DNA of 64,000 nt from Paraspadella gotoi (lineage: Eukaryota > Animalia > Chaetognatha), in assembly GCA_051294375.1 (NCBI GenBank), contig CM119270.1, forward strand, positions 3,836,301 to 3,900,300. Direction: 5' to 3'. The translations under genes were made by a program, and so were the position numbers. The notes below the pieces were generated by a model, which ran no database searches, had not been told where the DNA came from, and saw only the letters and a list, made by a program, of their open reading frames with translations. The first letter of the stretch is position 1. Each line of letters starts with the position of its first letter. Positions 12,908 through 24,562 of this stretch are shown one piece after another.

Positions 12908-15636
12908 TTTTCGTTAGTACCCAATCTCATTAATCGCGACTAGAATCTGACTAAATTTTCGCGTCGAAATAAATTGAAAAGGACGAACTGAAATTCCCAT
13001 TTTAAATTTGAATTGTGTAGGGGGTGTGCGAGAAAAAAACCCAATAATTTGTGGATTAAAAAAAATTACATTTTTTCATGGACAAAAACAAATGACAAAT
13101 CAAAAAAAAATAATATTATAAACAAACAATTACTTCGTAAATTAATAAACTCCCAATGAAGCCTCATCTCCTCTAACTTACCTCCCTCCAAACCGCCGAC
13201 GACGTGAGGCGACGGTCTTCCTTCCTCCCGCGGCTGCTGAAGCGGATGCGGCTGTTGCAGCGCACCGGGTCGCATTCCGCCAGAGTAGAAGGGATCACCA
13301 GAGGTTTTAAAGAATCCCCCGTGATGCGGAGCCCCGTGATGCGGTCCTGTCGGCGGTCCCCACGGACCGCCGTTCGAACCGCCGTAATGTCCGGGCGGAA
13401 CGAGGTAGTTCCCGCCGCCGCCTCCACCGCCGCCGCTACCAGGAAAGTTTTGGTGGTGGCCAAAGTGTCCGCCATAGTGGCTGTTCTGAGGGTAAGTCGA
13501 GGTTGGAGGGTTGTAGCCGCCGCCGCCGCCACCATAACCGGAAGTCTCGTAGGCGTTGTTGCCGTAATGAGTTCCGCCGGAATTATTGGCCCCGGCGTTG
13601 CCGAACCCGTTTCCGACGTGGTTGTAAGCGGTGTTGCCGTTATTGCTGTAAGCGTTGCTGTCGTTATTATTGTTGCCGTTGTTCGAGTTGCCGTAGGAAG
13701 AGGGGCTGTCGAAGTTAGTTGCGGCGCTGTTGTTGGTGCTGCTGCTGCTGGCGTTGCTGTTGTTGTTGTTGCTGGCTTCGCAGAGGCCGCCGCTCTCTCG
13801 CGAATCCTCGTCCCAGGCGGCGCCGGCGCCTGAGTCGCTGCCGGCGGCGTCGGGTGGGCGTAGCTGAGCCGAGGAAGGATCAGGACTCTCTGTGGCGGTG
13901 AAAAGAGTGGGGGAAGTTAGATTGGATAGTAAGAGGGAAAGAATCATTGAAATGAAAAATTAAAAAATTAAAAAAGAAATCGGTAAACGGAAGCTCGGAT
14001 AAAATCATTTGACCCTAGAGTAAAAAAAAAATGGTCGAAGAGCTGGAACTGGTTGTTTGAACGAAAAATGGAAGCGAGAGTAAAAGAGATGAATGGAGAG
14101 AAGGACAGAAACTGAGAAAGGACCCAGATGAAAAACGGCGTCAAGGAAGGAAAGGGACGACGGAAAGTCTGAAAAATTAAAAAAAAAAACTCGTTTCTAA
14201 ATGAAAAGCAAGGATGACGGAGAGGCGGCAAACGGGGGGGGGAGGGCTGGGGGGCGAAACGAGAGAGGAGGCGCCCCCCCCAACCCCCGAACAATCGGAG
14301 GAGGACAATGAAACGTTGGAAATTAAACTGGATTAGAGAATGAAAGAGAAGCGAAAACACAAGCGAGGGCTAGAGAAAAAAAAAAGCTGAAGAGGGGCGT
14401 GTGGTTAGGCCAAGAGGGGATTTGAATTGAAATCTATTTGATGTCGCGAGATTCGATACGCGAAAGAGGGTGGGCGGGGGTTTAAAAAATAAAAAAAAGA
14501 GGCTGGTGAATCGTGAATTAGAAACGAAGGGAAAAAAAAGGCGGGTGAGAAACGAGGGAGAAATATTTCTGAAATTATTTTTTTTCCGCATAAACAGATT
14601 GATGGTGTTTTTCTCAAGGTCAAAAAACTAATTTAGAGGAAAACCATGGAATCCTGAAAGGTAAACAAACTTTAAATTTCTTTCGGATAAATTTTTTCTC
14701 GGAAATTTTTCAACCCCCCCAACCCCTTTCAATTTTTTTTTCCTGTTAAAATATGTTCGCAGTACAGTAAGAATATTATTTGTAGTTCAAATCTCCCAAG
14801 CCAGAAGACATAACACATTCTGGGTAAACAAACAAACAATCTGCCACTCCCCCCTCCAACCCACCGGTCGGCGTGTCGTCCCGGACGGGTGCCTCCACAG
14901 CCTCGCCGAGACCTCGACAGAAGTTGGGGTCGGCGGCGATACAAGCGTAGATATTGAGTTGGTGGCGCCGGCGCCATTTGCGAGACGGATAAAGAAACAA
15001 CTGGGATCGCTTGCCCGCCGTCCGTTGCTGCGGCGTCTTCCACAGCAAGCAGTTGCTCTGAGCGACGCCAGTCTGCGCGGGGGAAGATAATGAAACGGGG
15101 TAAGGTAATGAGGGGTAGATTTTAAAAAAAGTGAGTTGGTTGGAACGGAGCGGTTTTGGGAGAACAAAAAAAGTTCAACGGAGCGGACAATGGGCTGGAA
15201 GGGTGAGGTAAAAGAAGATTAACGCTTACGGGTCGGTGAGCGATTCGAGGTCAGGACCGCAGTTTTCTTGGGATAATCGAGGTTTTTTAACGACCGACCG
15301 AATAAAGGGAGGAGATGGAGCAACAGAGAGAGAATAGAAAAGGAGATTTAATTCACTTAACTTTATTTACAAAAAGGTAATAGTGACAGAAATACTATAA
15401 TCGGCTAATTGTATAAAATTATCAATGATTATCTAATACATATAAATCAAATTAGCCGCAACCTTTGAGCACTTCAAACTCCAGCTAACCTGCGAATCTA
15501 AGAAGGGAAGACGTTGATTTCTCTCGAGGCGGAGTCGCGTGTTCCACGAGGCCGTGTGCAGCACAGTGTTGGTGTAGATCTGCAAATCCCCGCCCACTGC
15601 CGCTCGCCGCTCCAGCAGCGCCGGCACCTCCAGCAT
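4606..15636 (-). CDS. DPF: d4/DPF (Requiem, BAF45) double-PHD finger protein, ~854 aa, 12 exons
   Basis: Requiem N-terminal domain ([18 protein letters not shown]|TGVAQSNC...YPSRKWRRR), C2H2 finger ([26 protein letters not shown]) and tandem PHD ([23 protein letters not shown]|[29 protein letters not shown]|[33 protein letters not shown]). Phase-consistent exons: 15636-15490, 15072-14865, 13889-13182, 12536-12403, 11095-10834, 10039-9914, 8920-8859, 8626-8554, 7114-6665, 5187-5030, 4944-4846, 4743-4606 (2565 nt). The middle small exons are less certain. Confidence 0.93.
5360..5615. repeat. Purine-rich ~21-bp minisatellite (GAATGAAGAGGCAGAGGAGGA-like)
   Basis: About 12 degenerate tandem units in a DPF intron. 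Confidence 0.8.
6383..6448 (+). repeat. Short dispersed repeat, related copy at ~47968-48030 (inverted at ~60924-60990)
   Basis: gatggaggccttaaacc..ccaaagtcgggcaagatagcttatttattaaatgaat versus gatggagtccttacccgtccaagccaagtcaggggaagtatagcttgtttattgaatgaat. Confidence 0.55.
7306..7377. repeat. (AG)n microsatellite, representative; others at 2644-2680, 36180-36273, 37968-38056, 39090-39168, 47121-47213, 58968-59042
   Basis: Pure or near-pure AG/CT dinucleotide runs. Confidence 0.95.
7465..8196 (+). mobile_element. TRIM-like miniature LTR element: repeat 7465-7716, internal 7717-7947, repeat 7948-8196
   Basis: Two ~250-bp direct repeats that begin TGTGG and end GCCATA. A TGG-initiated PBS-like tract (TGGTGAGCCC) lies 2 nt after the first repeat. 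The non-coding internal region has three tandem ~30-bp units (GGGTACGCTACGACAAACGCCTATGCCCC). No clear TSD or PPT. Confidence 0.6.
11717..11965. repeat. ~59-bp tandem repeat, ~4 copies
   Basis: Unit ccatcatcgtttccacctattatcccctccccttctcttcccctttgacttttccatcctt. Confidence 0.9.
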
Positions 15637-16804
15637 GATTCTTTCCGATTTAACGGGGCGAGAGTGGGAGATGGGGCTACGGCTGGGCAAGGGCGGTTTA
15701 CGCTCTCGCCCGCCGCTTAATTCCAACCGCGGAACATATAGTCTCCTTTTCTTTGTTTGTTTGTGAAAACGTACGCCCTCAAACGCTACACGATAAAAAA
15801 TATAACTAAATTTTTTTCTTTAATTGAGCTTTGGGGAAAAAGGGGGCGAGCCGGTGGCCTGATTTGAGATCAATAGATTATTGGGTTAACATTTCTTGTC
15901 GAAATGATAAATATTACCGTAACATTAGGCAAAGAAGGGACAGCGAGTAATTATTAAGGCACTCTCGGGAGAAATGGTTTATCCCCACAAATACCGATGA
16001 AAAATTTACTTCTAAGCGTCACCTTAATATCTGAACTCGACTTTAACTAAAACGTTTTATTTAAATGTCATAAAACGAAACAAAATCCCTTCATTTCAAC
16101 AAATTAGAAACAAAGAAAAAAGTGTTCATTGTTTAATATGCAAGTACGGAATCTCTTTTATTTCTCAGATGTAATATTTTTTGAAATCTACATTTTTTTA
16201 TCTCGAAAATCTTGATAAATTTAATCCATGGACATTTTAAGAGTCAACCTGCGCATCACAAAATGTAATATAATTTACTTAATGCACATGTACAACACAT
16301 TTAATTTCATAGGAATGTTAAGATGTTCGATGGGATTTGGCTTGTCATTATGACAATAAAAGCTATAGCCATAGGAAATGAACAAACGTAAATTAATCTT
16401 TTAAGATTAGTAAAAAGAAGAAATAAATGACAAAGAAGGAGTAACCGAGAACCACTGTCATGCAGATGAAACAGAATACCTCAACTTGAGAATCAACATA
16501 CGGCAAGACTAAACTTTTTTTAAACAAATTTGAAGTACGAACTAAAGTACTAATGTATCTATTAAATTCTATCTAAAATCCACAGAACCATTTATTGTTT
16601 CTACTAACAATCCCCATAAAACCAATCTTGAAAAAGTTTCAGAAGGTTCTGGAAACATGAAAAGTCATTAGATTATAAAATAAGGTACATTTTCCCTTTT
16701 TTTCAAGGGACAATAATTCTGAAAAAAAAAAAATTCTTGAGGTGGACCAACAAGGGCGAAGTTCGAGAGTTCCCATATTATGTATGTTTTTGTTGAGACA
16801 AGCA

Positions 16805-17990
16805 TCAATAAAACCGTTTTCTTCCCGGCCCCCCGGGCCGAGACCACGAACCATCCATGCAGACGACGACGACGATGCCGACGACCACGAGGGCGATGAG
16901 GACCCCGAGGACGATGAAGAAGATGGCCACGCCCCCGATGCCGCCTTCCGGGTCGTCGTGACGCTCCCGCGGGGACTCGTAGTAATCGGCGCGGGGAACG
17001 ATCGAACCGGCGTCTTCGTCCGAAGATTCCGTCTCGTCTTCGGACTCGAGTTGATAAGTTTTTATGCTGATGAAGTCGTGGAAATCGGTGAGATCGCCCG
17101 TCGCTGCCGTGAGACCGAAGAAATACCTTGGGTGAAGAGATGGGATGACATATTAATTTAAAATGATAATATTAATAATAATAATACGAAGCGAGGACAA
17201 TTTCTTTAGCGAGAAATCGACAAATAAAACTAATTTACATATTGTCGACTAAAACAGAACTTCCATAATCTCTCAAGTCGAAGGCAAAGAAACCTTACCC
17301 TGTGGGTAAGTGCACTCCGTCAACCTCGAAACATTCTCGCCACGCCCTCTTATTGTCGATGTCCATCTTGACGGTGAGTCTCTTTCCCTCGTAACGAATC
17401 AAGAGAAAGGTCTCGTAGTCTTTGTTTCTCAGCTGCGACTCGCATCCGGCGATGGAGGTGTGAGTTCCGTCCATGTCGTGATCGTATCGTAGCGACCCGT
17501 TCGACACCATGGCCGATATGTAAGGATGGGCGTGGTTGTGCGGCCCGTTGTGGTTCGAGTAAGTGTCCACGAAGACGCCGAGCCCCATGAACTCGTCCGC
17601 GTTGCCAAAGACGTTGCCGGGTTGCATCCGGTCCTTGACGTACCAGAAGGCGAACCCGTCGCCGAAGAGATCCTGTTTCGTGTTGCTCCACACTTTGAAA
17701 TGGACGTGTAGTTCCCAGCTGCGCAGCTGCACCGGGACGCTGTTCCAGATGTAGCCTTTAACACCCTGCTTGTCCGAAGTGAGGCGCACGTAGTTGGAGG
17801 TAATCATGGCGTCGCCGCCAAAGTCCCAAAGCTGGCGTCCGCCGGCGCCAACGTGATGGTAGGGCTTGACCAGGGTGTGCTCCCGCTTTTGGTAATCCTT
17901 GGTGCTCCAGCTCGACTCGGATCGAGTGGGGAGAAAGAGTTCGTGCAGGCAGAACTGCGACAACAGGCAAAACAGGCCCAAGCGAATCAT
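16805..17990 (-). CDS. LMAN2: L-type lectin VIP36/VIPL (LMAN2/LMAN2L-like), 2 exons (17990-17299, 17126-16805)
   Basis: Signal peptide; KREHTLVKPY; LFGDGFAFWY; FVDTYSNHNG; YDHDMDGTHT; LPTG|YFFGLTAATGDLTDFHD; transmembrane segment IFFIVLGVLIALVVVGIVVVV; C-terminal RKRFY*, typical of this family. Confidence 0.95.
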
Positions 17991-18901
17991 GGTTGTTTTT
18001 TATTTTCGTTCAGTTTTTTTTAATTTGTTGCCTAATGTCGCTAAAGAGCTGAGCAATATGACTTTTCTGCAAATGAAAAACAACAAAACGAAACTCGCGA
18101 ACGAAACAAACATGGAATTCTTTTTTTCGTTTAAAATTTAGCAATATGATCAAATGATCCAATTCAAAATAGGATTTTAATATTAAAAAAGCTATCTGCT
18201 AAAAAATCAAAAACAAACCAAAAAAAAAAAAAAACAAAAAAAAAAACAAAAAAAAAACTCGCACTTCAAAAATAAGGATGTACAGAGGAACAAAAAATCG
18301 GTATATAGCCAAGTATATAATTTGCGATGGTTTATAAAAATCGTTGGAAAAGTTGCCGCCAGTAAGCGAATCATGATTGGATCAATAGAAATAACCCCCT
18401 TTTTTAATGTATAAAATCTACCTTAAACGAAACGACGTTTCACTGTATTTGAGCAGCCAATTGAATAAAAATTAAACGGTTTATGGCTTTTAAAAACATT
18501 TACAAAACACACCGCCCCCCCCTCCAAAAAAAAAAATGACGCGCTCATATAGAGAAAGGCACTGACGAATGGGGTAAATAAAAAAAAATATTAGCACGCA
18601 ACAAATTATTCCAAATGGAATTTATAATAATTTAAATAATGACGGTACAAGAGAAAACGTCATCCTCGAAAAGGACGGCTTTCAAAAAAGGCACTGCCCT
18701 TCAAGGCACGTGACAGCGGATTAAAATACCGTTAAATAAATAACAACAAATAAATAATAAATTAAGGACGCAAGCCATCGGATTTTTTGTTCTTATTACA
18801 AAATAGAGTTCGTCCTAATATATAAAATGATTTTAGGTTGAATGGAGAGAGACTAGGTTTTGTCAAAAAAGCGACAAAAAGTTTTTTTAAAAGAGGCAAG
18901 A

Positions 18902-21900
18902 TCATTGGCCGAGGTGCTTTTTATCCTTCTTCCTTCGTGTATGAAACCAATTTTTGACTTGATTGTCGGTGAGACCCAAAGATTGAGCCAACTCTTTCTT
19001 CTTCTCGCATGTTGGATACTTGGTGATGTTGTAGCAAGTGCTGAGGACTTCGGTTTGTTGGGAAGAAAAAGTACCAGATCGCTTCCGGACGTCAGCTTGG
19101 TTGAGACTGACGAAAAGGGGTAAATGAGTATCGCGCCGTTTAGTCAATATTAATAATAGAAAATAGAATATAATAGAAATAGATGAATCGGATTGTCTCG
19201 CTTCTTTGCCTTCTCTTCTCCCTTGACCAATCAAAGAAAAGGCTTCCCTCGCGGAACCGGCGTGAGAAATGAGAGAAGAAAATAGTTCATAAACTTGGGA
19301 ATTTGATGTTAGTTTTTTAAGGGTAAGTTGAAGACCGTCTCTTTTCTTCTCTCATCTCTTTCCCGTCGGTTCCGTGAGGGAAGCCTCCTCACTGATTGGT
19401 CAACAGAGAAGAAAAGGCAAAAAAGCCAAGCGAGATAAGAGAGAATGAGATCCATCTATCTATCTTCCCTGCGTTGCTATTAAACTAACCAATTAATTGA
19501 GGCCGCAATGGTGTTGCCGATCATCGATGGAGACATGTCCGCGGTTTTGTATTCGCTCGAATTTTCGCCCAAAATTTCGATCTCGACTTTGGAGGCGCCA
19601 GAGTTGGCGGCGATGTCGCCTCCGCTGTTCGTGAGAATTCTCTCCCCGGAATTGAGATTGGCCATCGAATTGGCGACGGAAACGTTGGGTTCACTCTCGG
19701 AAAAATTACAATCGGCGCCACCGCCGCCGACTCCTCCGCCGCCGCCATCGCTCAAGATGTTGGAAACGTTGGAACCGCTAACGATGGTGCTTGTCGCGAT
19801 GGAAATGACGGGACTAAAACCGCCGGGGGAACTAGTGGTCACGCCAGCAGCATTGCTAGGGACCATGGACCCCAGCCGAGAAGTGGCGACGATATTGGAC
19901 GTTGTATCGGTGCTCTGGATCGCGGCGACGTTGACAGCGCCGTTGGATCCGACGGCGGTAGTAGCGGTCAGGCCGCCGCCAAACCCTCCTTTAACGACAG
20001 CAGCGGCCGCGGAGTTGATGGCGGTCAGAAAAGGAATCGGGGTCATCGTGGGAAGAGAGGATTGACCGACGCTTCCCTTATTCGGCGATATCTGTGCCCC
20101 TTTTATCGGGGACATAGTAAAATTGGCTGGGCCTGGATACGACAGCGGCGCAGTGAGAACGGGCTTGGCCACGATCGACGCTTTCGGGGTCAACGGTGCC
20201 GGAGAGAACGTGGAAGCGATCGAAGGCGTCAGCGACCCCTTGGAAACGATTTCCGCGTCGCAAAAGCTCGAGGGAGGTTCTATGATGACGGTGGGCACGT
20301 TGGCCGTCGGCGTCGGCTGGCCGACCGGAGTCGGAGGAAACAATCCCTGAGCGAAGGTAGACTTCAACGTCGACAAAACCTGTTGGATGGAGAGCGGCGC
20401 CGACGCGGGCACTTGCGACACCGTCGATTTGAACTCGGATAAGATTTGACTCAAGTCCAGTTGCGCCTGGGGAGACTTCAAAAACATCTCGAAGGGATTT
20501 TCGACGGGCTGCTTGGCGCCGACGGCATCGAGAGTCGACGAGGACGTTCCTTTTCGACTCGTCAGAGACGGTAACGTCAACGAGACGGCCGGGTGGGGGG
20601 AGATGATCCTACCCTCCGTTTTTCTGACTTCGAAACCGTTCGTCTCCATCGAACTCGTTTCGTGCGTCGTCGTCGTCGGCGTCTTGACTTCCTCGAAAAT
20701 CTTGGCCTCGTCCAAATCGACGTTGGAAACTGGTGACGGTTGACAATCCAGAATTCCTTGGATCGCTTTGTTCGTCTCCGGGTCGATGCCTGGCGAAAAC
20801 ATTTAAAATTACCATCTCTACAATATCTTAAACTAAATCTAACAATACAGTTTTGATGAAAAAACATGAAACGACAAAGATGAACAAACACGAAGAAAAT
20901 AAACCTAAAAATAAGTGACTACCAACCTTCGATGATGCCCTCGCTACCGAGGGTGACTTCGATGGGCGAAGATCTCTCCGTCCCTCCCCCACGATTCTCG
21001 CCGCCCAGCTCCAGCAAATACGAATCCACCAACGGCTCCTTCAATTGCTCCATCGTCTCCTCGGCATCTCTCAGCGCCTCTGCCAGCGACGGCACGTCCA
21101 TCGGCTCTCCCGGCTTTTCCTGCGGCGGCATTTTCTGCTCCGCCGCGTCGGCGGCGTTCTGCGGCGCGGTAGCAGCGGAAGACGCCGTCAAGGCGGAGGA
21201 AGACGCGGGAATCATGACGACGCCGGGAGGCAGATTCGGCGACGAAGGCGTGCTAGGATTGAAGGTAACGGCGCGGGGCGAATCGGATTTGACGAGCCCG
21301 TTTAAATTAGCCTTGACTGTTGGTAGATTGGGCTTGGGCAGGGTCGTCTTGATCCCGGCCGCGCCGACGCCGAATTTCGAGACAGAGTTGGCGACCGAGT
21401 TCGCTTGACCGGCGAATCTTCCGACGCTGCCGACTTTGAAGCCGGAAACTCCGATGGACCGACCAGCGACATTGCGGTTGGCGCCGCCTCGTCCTCTCCC
21501 CACGCCGCCAACCAATCCCAAGTTGCCGTTGAAACTCGTTTCGCGTCCAATGGCTCGTCCACCCACGAGGCCCGACGCGGTATTTCGAAGGGCTCCGACA
21601 GTCCCTCCGCCATTGGTTTTGACAACAAGACCAGGGGTTTTCCCTTTAGGATTGACGTCGCCGCAGACGTTATAATCCATATTCTCTATGCCGCTGTAAG
21701 ACGCCTCACGGTTCTCGTTCGCGGGATTTTCAATGAGAACTTCGTTGACCAAGCTGTTGTTGCTGCTGCTGCCGTTACCGCCGCCGCCACCGCAGCCATT
21801 CGAGCCACCAACGTCCGCCACGTTGCGTCTCGGCACGCTGCTCTCCAGGACGACGTCGCTCGGGCCTGTCAGCGTCTCCGAAAGCTCAGGCTCCGTCAAG

Positions 21901-22821
21901 CGGCGCCGCGAGGACGTCTTGCGGACTTTGGGCGGAAGCGGCGACGTCTCCGTGAGACGTTTGGTGACGGAGATGATGTTGGGATCGATGTCGTATTCGA
22001 TGTCGTCGAGACGAGGGTGGAGTCCGCCGTGGAGGAAGTCCTCTCTGGCAAAAAAAAAGGTTTGAGAAATTATTTTTTAAGATAAATTTAAACGAACGAA
22101 CGAACAAATTAGGATCGATAGCTACGAGCAAAAAAAATGAGAGAAATTTTGAAATCTTATGAATTATAAAAATTATAAATTATGTTAATTGTTTAAAAAT
22201 CTTAAGAGAAGGCCTCCCGCATAAGTTAAAATTTCAAGATTGTAAATTACCCGACTGTCTTTTAACTCTTTCGTTTTACACCAAAAATTTAATTCTTTTA
22301 AAATTGTCGTTTTCTTAATATACTCAATAGGTTTACAGTTGGAAACAACTATAAAAATAAACATTGCGTTACCTTCTAAAAAAGATAAAATTTATAGTAA
22401 GAAACAATCAAGTTAATCCAGCAAAGAAATAAAAAGGAAATATAACAAACAAAGTAAAACTCGAAATAAAACACCCTATTTTCCCCGAGCTATGAAAATG
22501 AATAAATTATAAAAACTACTTTTTTCACAATGAAAGGTTCAATATTTTCTACTTAATTTACGTACTTACGATAATTTTAAAATCTTAAGAATACCAATTT
22601 CGATAAGCTCGAAGAGACCTACGAGTACCCGGTATTCCCTTATCTTACCTGAGCTGCTTTTGCCCGGCCCAAACTCTGCCGACGGGCAGGTCGATCATGA
22701 CGAAAGCGTCGACTCCGTGCAAGGAACTGATCTTCAACGCAGCCTCCAACAGGATGGACGTTATCGAGGATTCGCTCGTTTCCAATCGATTCAACAAACC
22801 ATAGTTTAACATCGTGGACAT
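18902..22821 (-). CDS. Divergent homeobox protein, ~931 aa, homeodomain at the C-terminus, 4 coding exons (22821-22649, 22044-20927, 20789-19490, 19106-18902)
   Basis: Phase-consistent GT-AG introns (2796 nt total). The last exon encodes RKRSGTFSSQQTEVLSTCYNITKYPTCEKKKELAQSLGLTDNQVKNWFHTRRKK, with F8, L16, Y25, P26, L34, L40, W48, F49 and R53 conserved. The middle is long S/T/P/G-rich low-complexity sequence. Confidence 0.8.
19172..19463. mobile_element. Fold-back/MITE-like element with ~110-bp imperfect inverted arms
   Basis: Left arm ttgaccaatca..aggcttccctcgcggaaccggcg..atgagagaagaaaa is the reverse complement of right arm ttttcttctctcat..cgtcggttccgtgagggaagcct..tgattggtcaa. Confidence 0.75.
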
Positions 22822-23098
22822 TTCGGAAGACGAGATTTATATTAAGTTAAAAAGATTGTCTGGTTGCAGTTTTTAAATTGAGTTTAAAAATAAATATTAA
22901 GGCGTTTAGCACCACAAAGACCTTATAAAATAAGGGGAAGCTCACCGACTCCTGCAACGAGAGAAAATGTGTGCGCGAGGTTTATTTAAAATTAAAGCCA
23001 AAGGCAAAGGGGGATAAAAATAAACAGAAATTCAGACGTTCATCGTTCGACGTAAAAATTGTAAATGTGGGCGAGAGATTGAACGAGAGAAGAGTGCT

Positions 23099-24562
23099 TC
23101 ACTTCTTGCTTATGCCGGAAAGATTGGCGGCGGTGGTGACCGCGCCGAGCAAAGATCCGGCAACGTTTTCCGCGCTCTGACGGACCTTGAGGAAATTGGA
23201 GCCGACAGTGACGGCGCCGGAAAGTCCGCGATCGAGAAAGTCCCAAGTGTCTTGGTGATCAGGGCTAGTGTCCTGCAGCATGTAAAGCTCCGTCGATTTG
23301 TAGACAGCGGCTAGGAGAGCGCGTTTCGTGTACCTGGAGATAAATTATATTTGAATTTTTAATATTTAGTCATTCACCCTTAACAATTTTGCCCGGATAA
23401 AGAGAATAAATAAGTGGACGGCTATATCATATTTTTCAATTTTGCTAATAAGATCAGTAAAAAATCAAAAAGAGAGTGCTTCTAACAAGAACTTACCAAT
23501 TCGTGTCTGTGCTTTGATCGCCGGCGTAGTACCAAATATCGTCGCAGAGTTCGTAGAGATTGTTCAACGCCCCCTTGGCACCCTCTGGCGAGGCGAAGGT
23601 CGCCATGGCGTCCGACCAAGTATCCTTCACCGTCAGCGTCATCTTGAGTCGACGAACGAGGGCGTCGCGGACGAAGGCCGTCTGCGAAGGGATTTCCGCG
23701 TCCGCTTCGGCCGCAAGTTGCTCTCTCAGCTCGCGGTTGCATTTGGCATAAAAGTAGTTGGCGAGTTCCGAGGCGCCGCCGGGGAACATGCCTGAGGTTT
23801 AAGAGTCGAAATTTAGGTATAATTTAATGTAATTTTTATACAATTTTGGCCTTTTAAAGTTAACATTTAGAGAAAACATACTACAGCAATTAAATTATGT
23901 TTTGCAGGCGACCAACCATGGGCGACGCCGGGATAACCGTAGGATTCCGCAGCAGCGACGATGGCGGACACGGTCCAGCCGTGTGTCGGAACCAACTCCA
24001 GCGCCGCCTCCAAGATGCCATTGCGAATGTCATCCTCGTCGTAGTCATTTTCGTAAGGCTCCTCTTGGTCTTCGAAAAAACCCTTGAAAAAGAATTGAAT
24101 GAAAGGAAATTAAATAAATTAAATCAGTAAAATAAGCAAATAATCAAGGTTCCCTACTTTGTCGTCACTGACTCCCTCGGGATAAGACTCTGGATGATAG
24201 TGCTGAACCCCCTGTCCTTGTCCGACGCCAAAGTGGTAAGGGGATTCGTGTGCAGATTCGGTCTGAGCGGAAGCGGCCACTTCAGGATTCTGTCCAAGAT
24301 CGTAGGGGGGGCGTTGGATGGAGAAAAGGGGAGATCGACGGGATTGCGAGAGGCATACGGAGAAGCTTCGAGCCCAGGGAAGGCCTGTACGACAATTATT
24401 ATTATAACGTAATCAATATTTTATAAATAATAAAAGGAAAGCCAAACCGGTGATTTGTGAAATTTTGGAGGGAGAGTTTATCAGCGGAAACTTGGATGAG
24501 CAGCACAAGAGTCGAGGAATTTTGGATAAGTTTTTCGCCGCAAGGGCGTAAGGATTAGCCAT
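23099..24562 (-). CDS. COQ9: Ubiquinone biosynthesis protein COQ9, mitochondrial, 5 exons
   Basis: Basic N-terminal presequence; ILEAALELVPTHGWTVSAI; MFPGGASELANYF; DDIWYYAGDQSTDTNW|YTKRALLAAVYKSTELYMLQDTSPDHQDTWDFLDR. These are hallmark COQ9 motifs. Confidence 0.95.
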
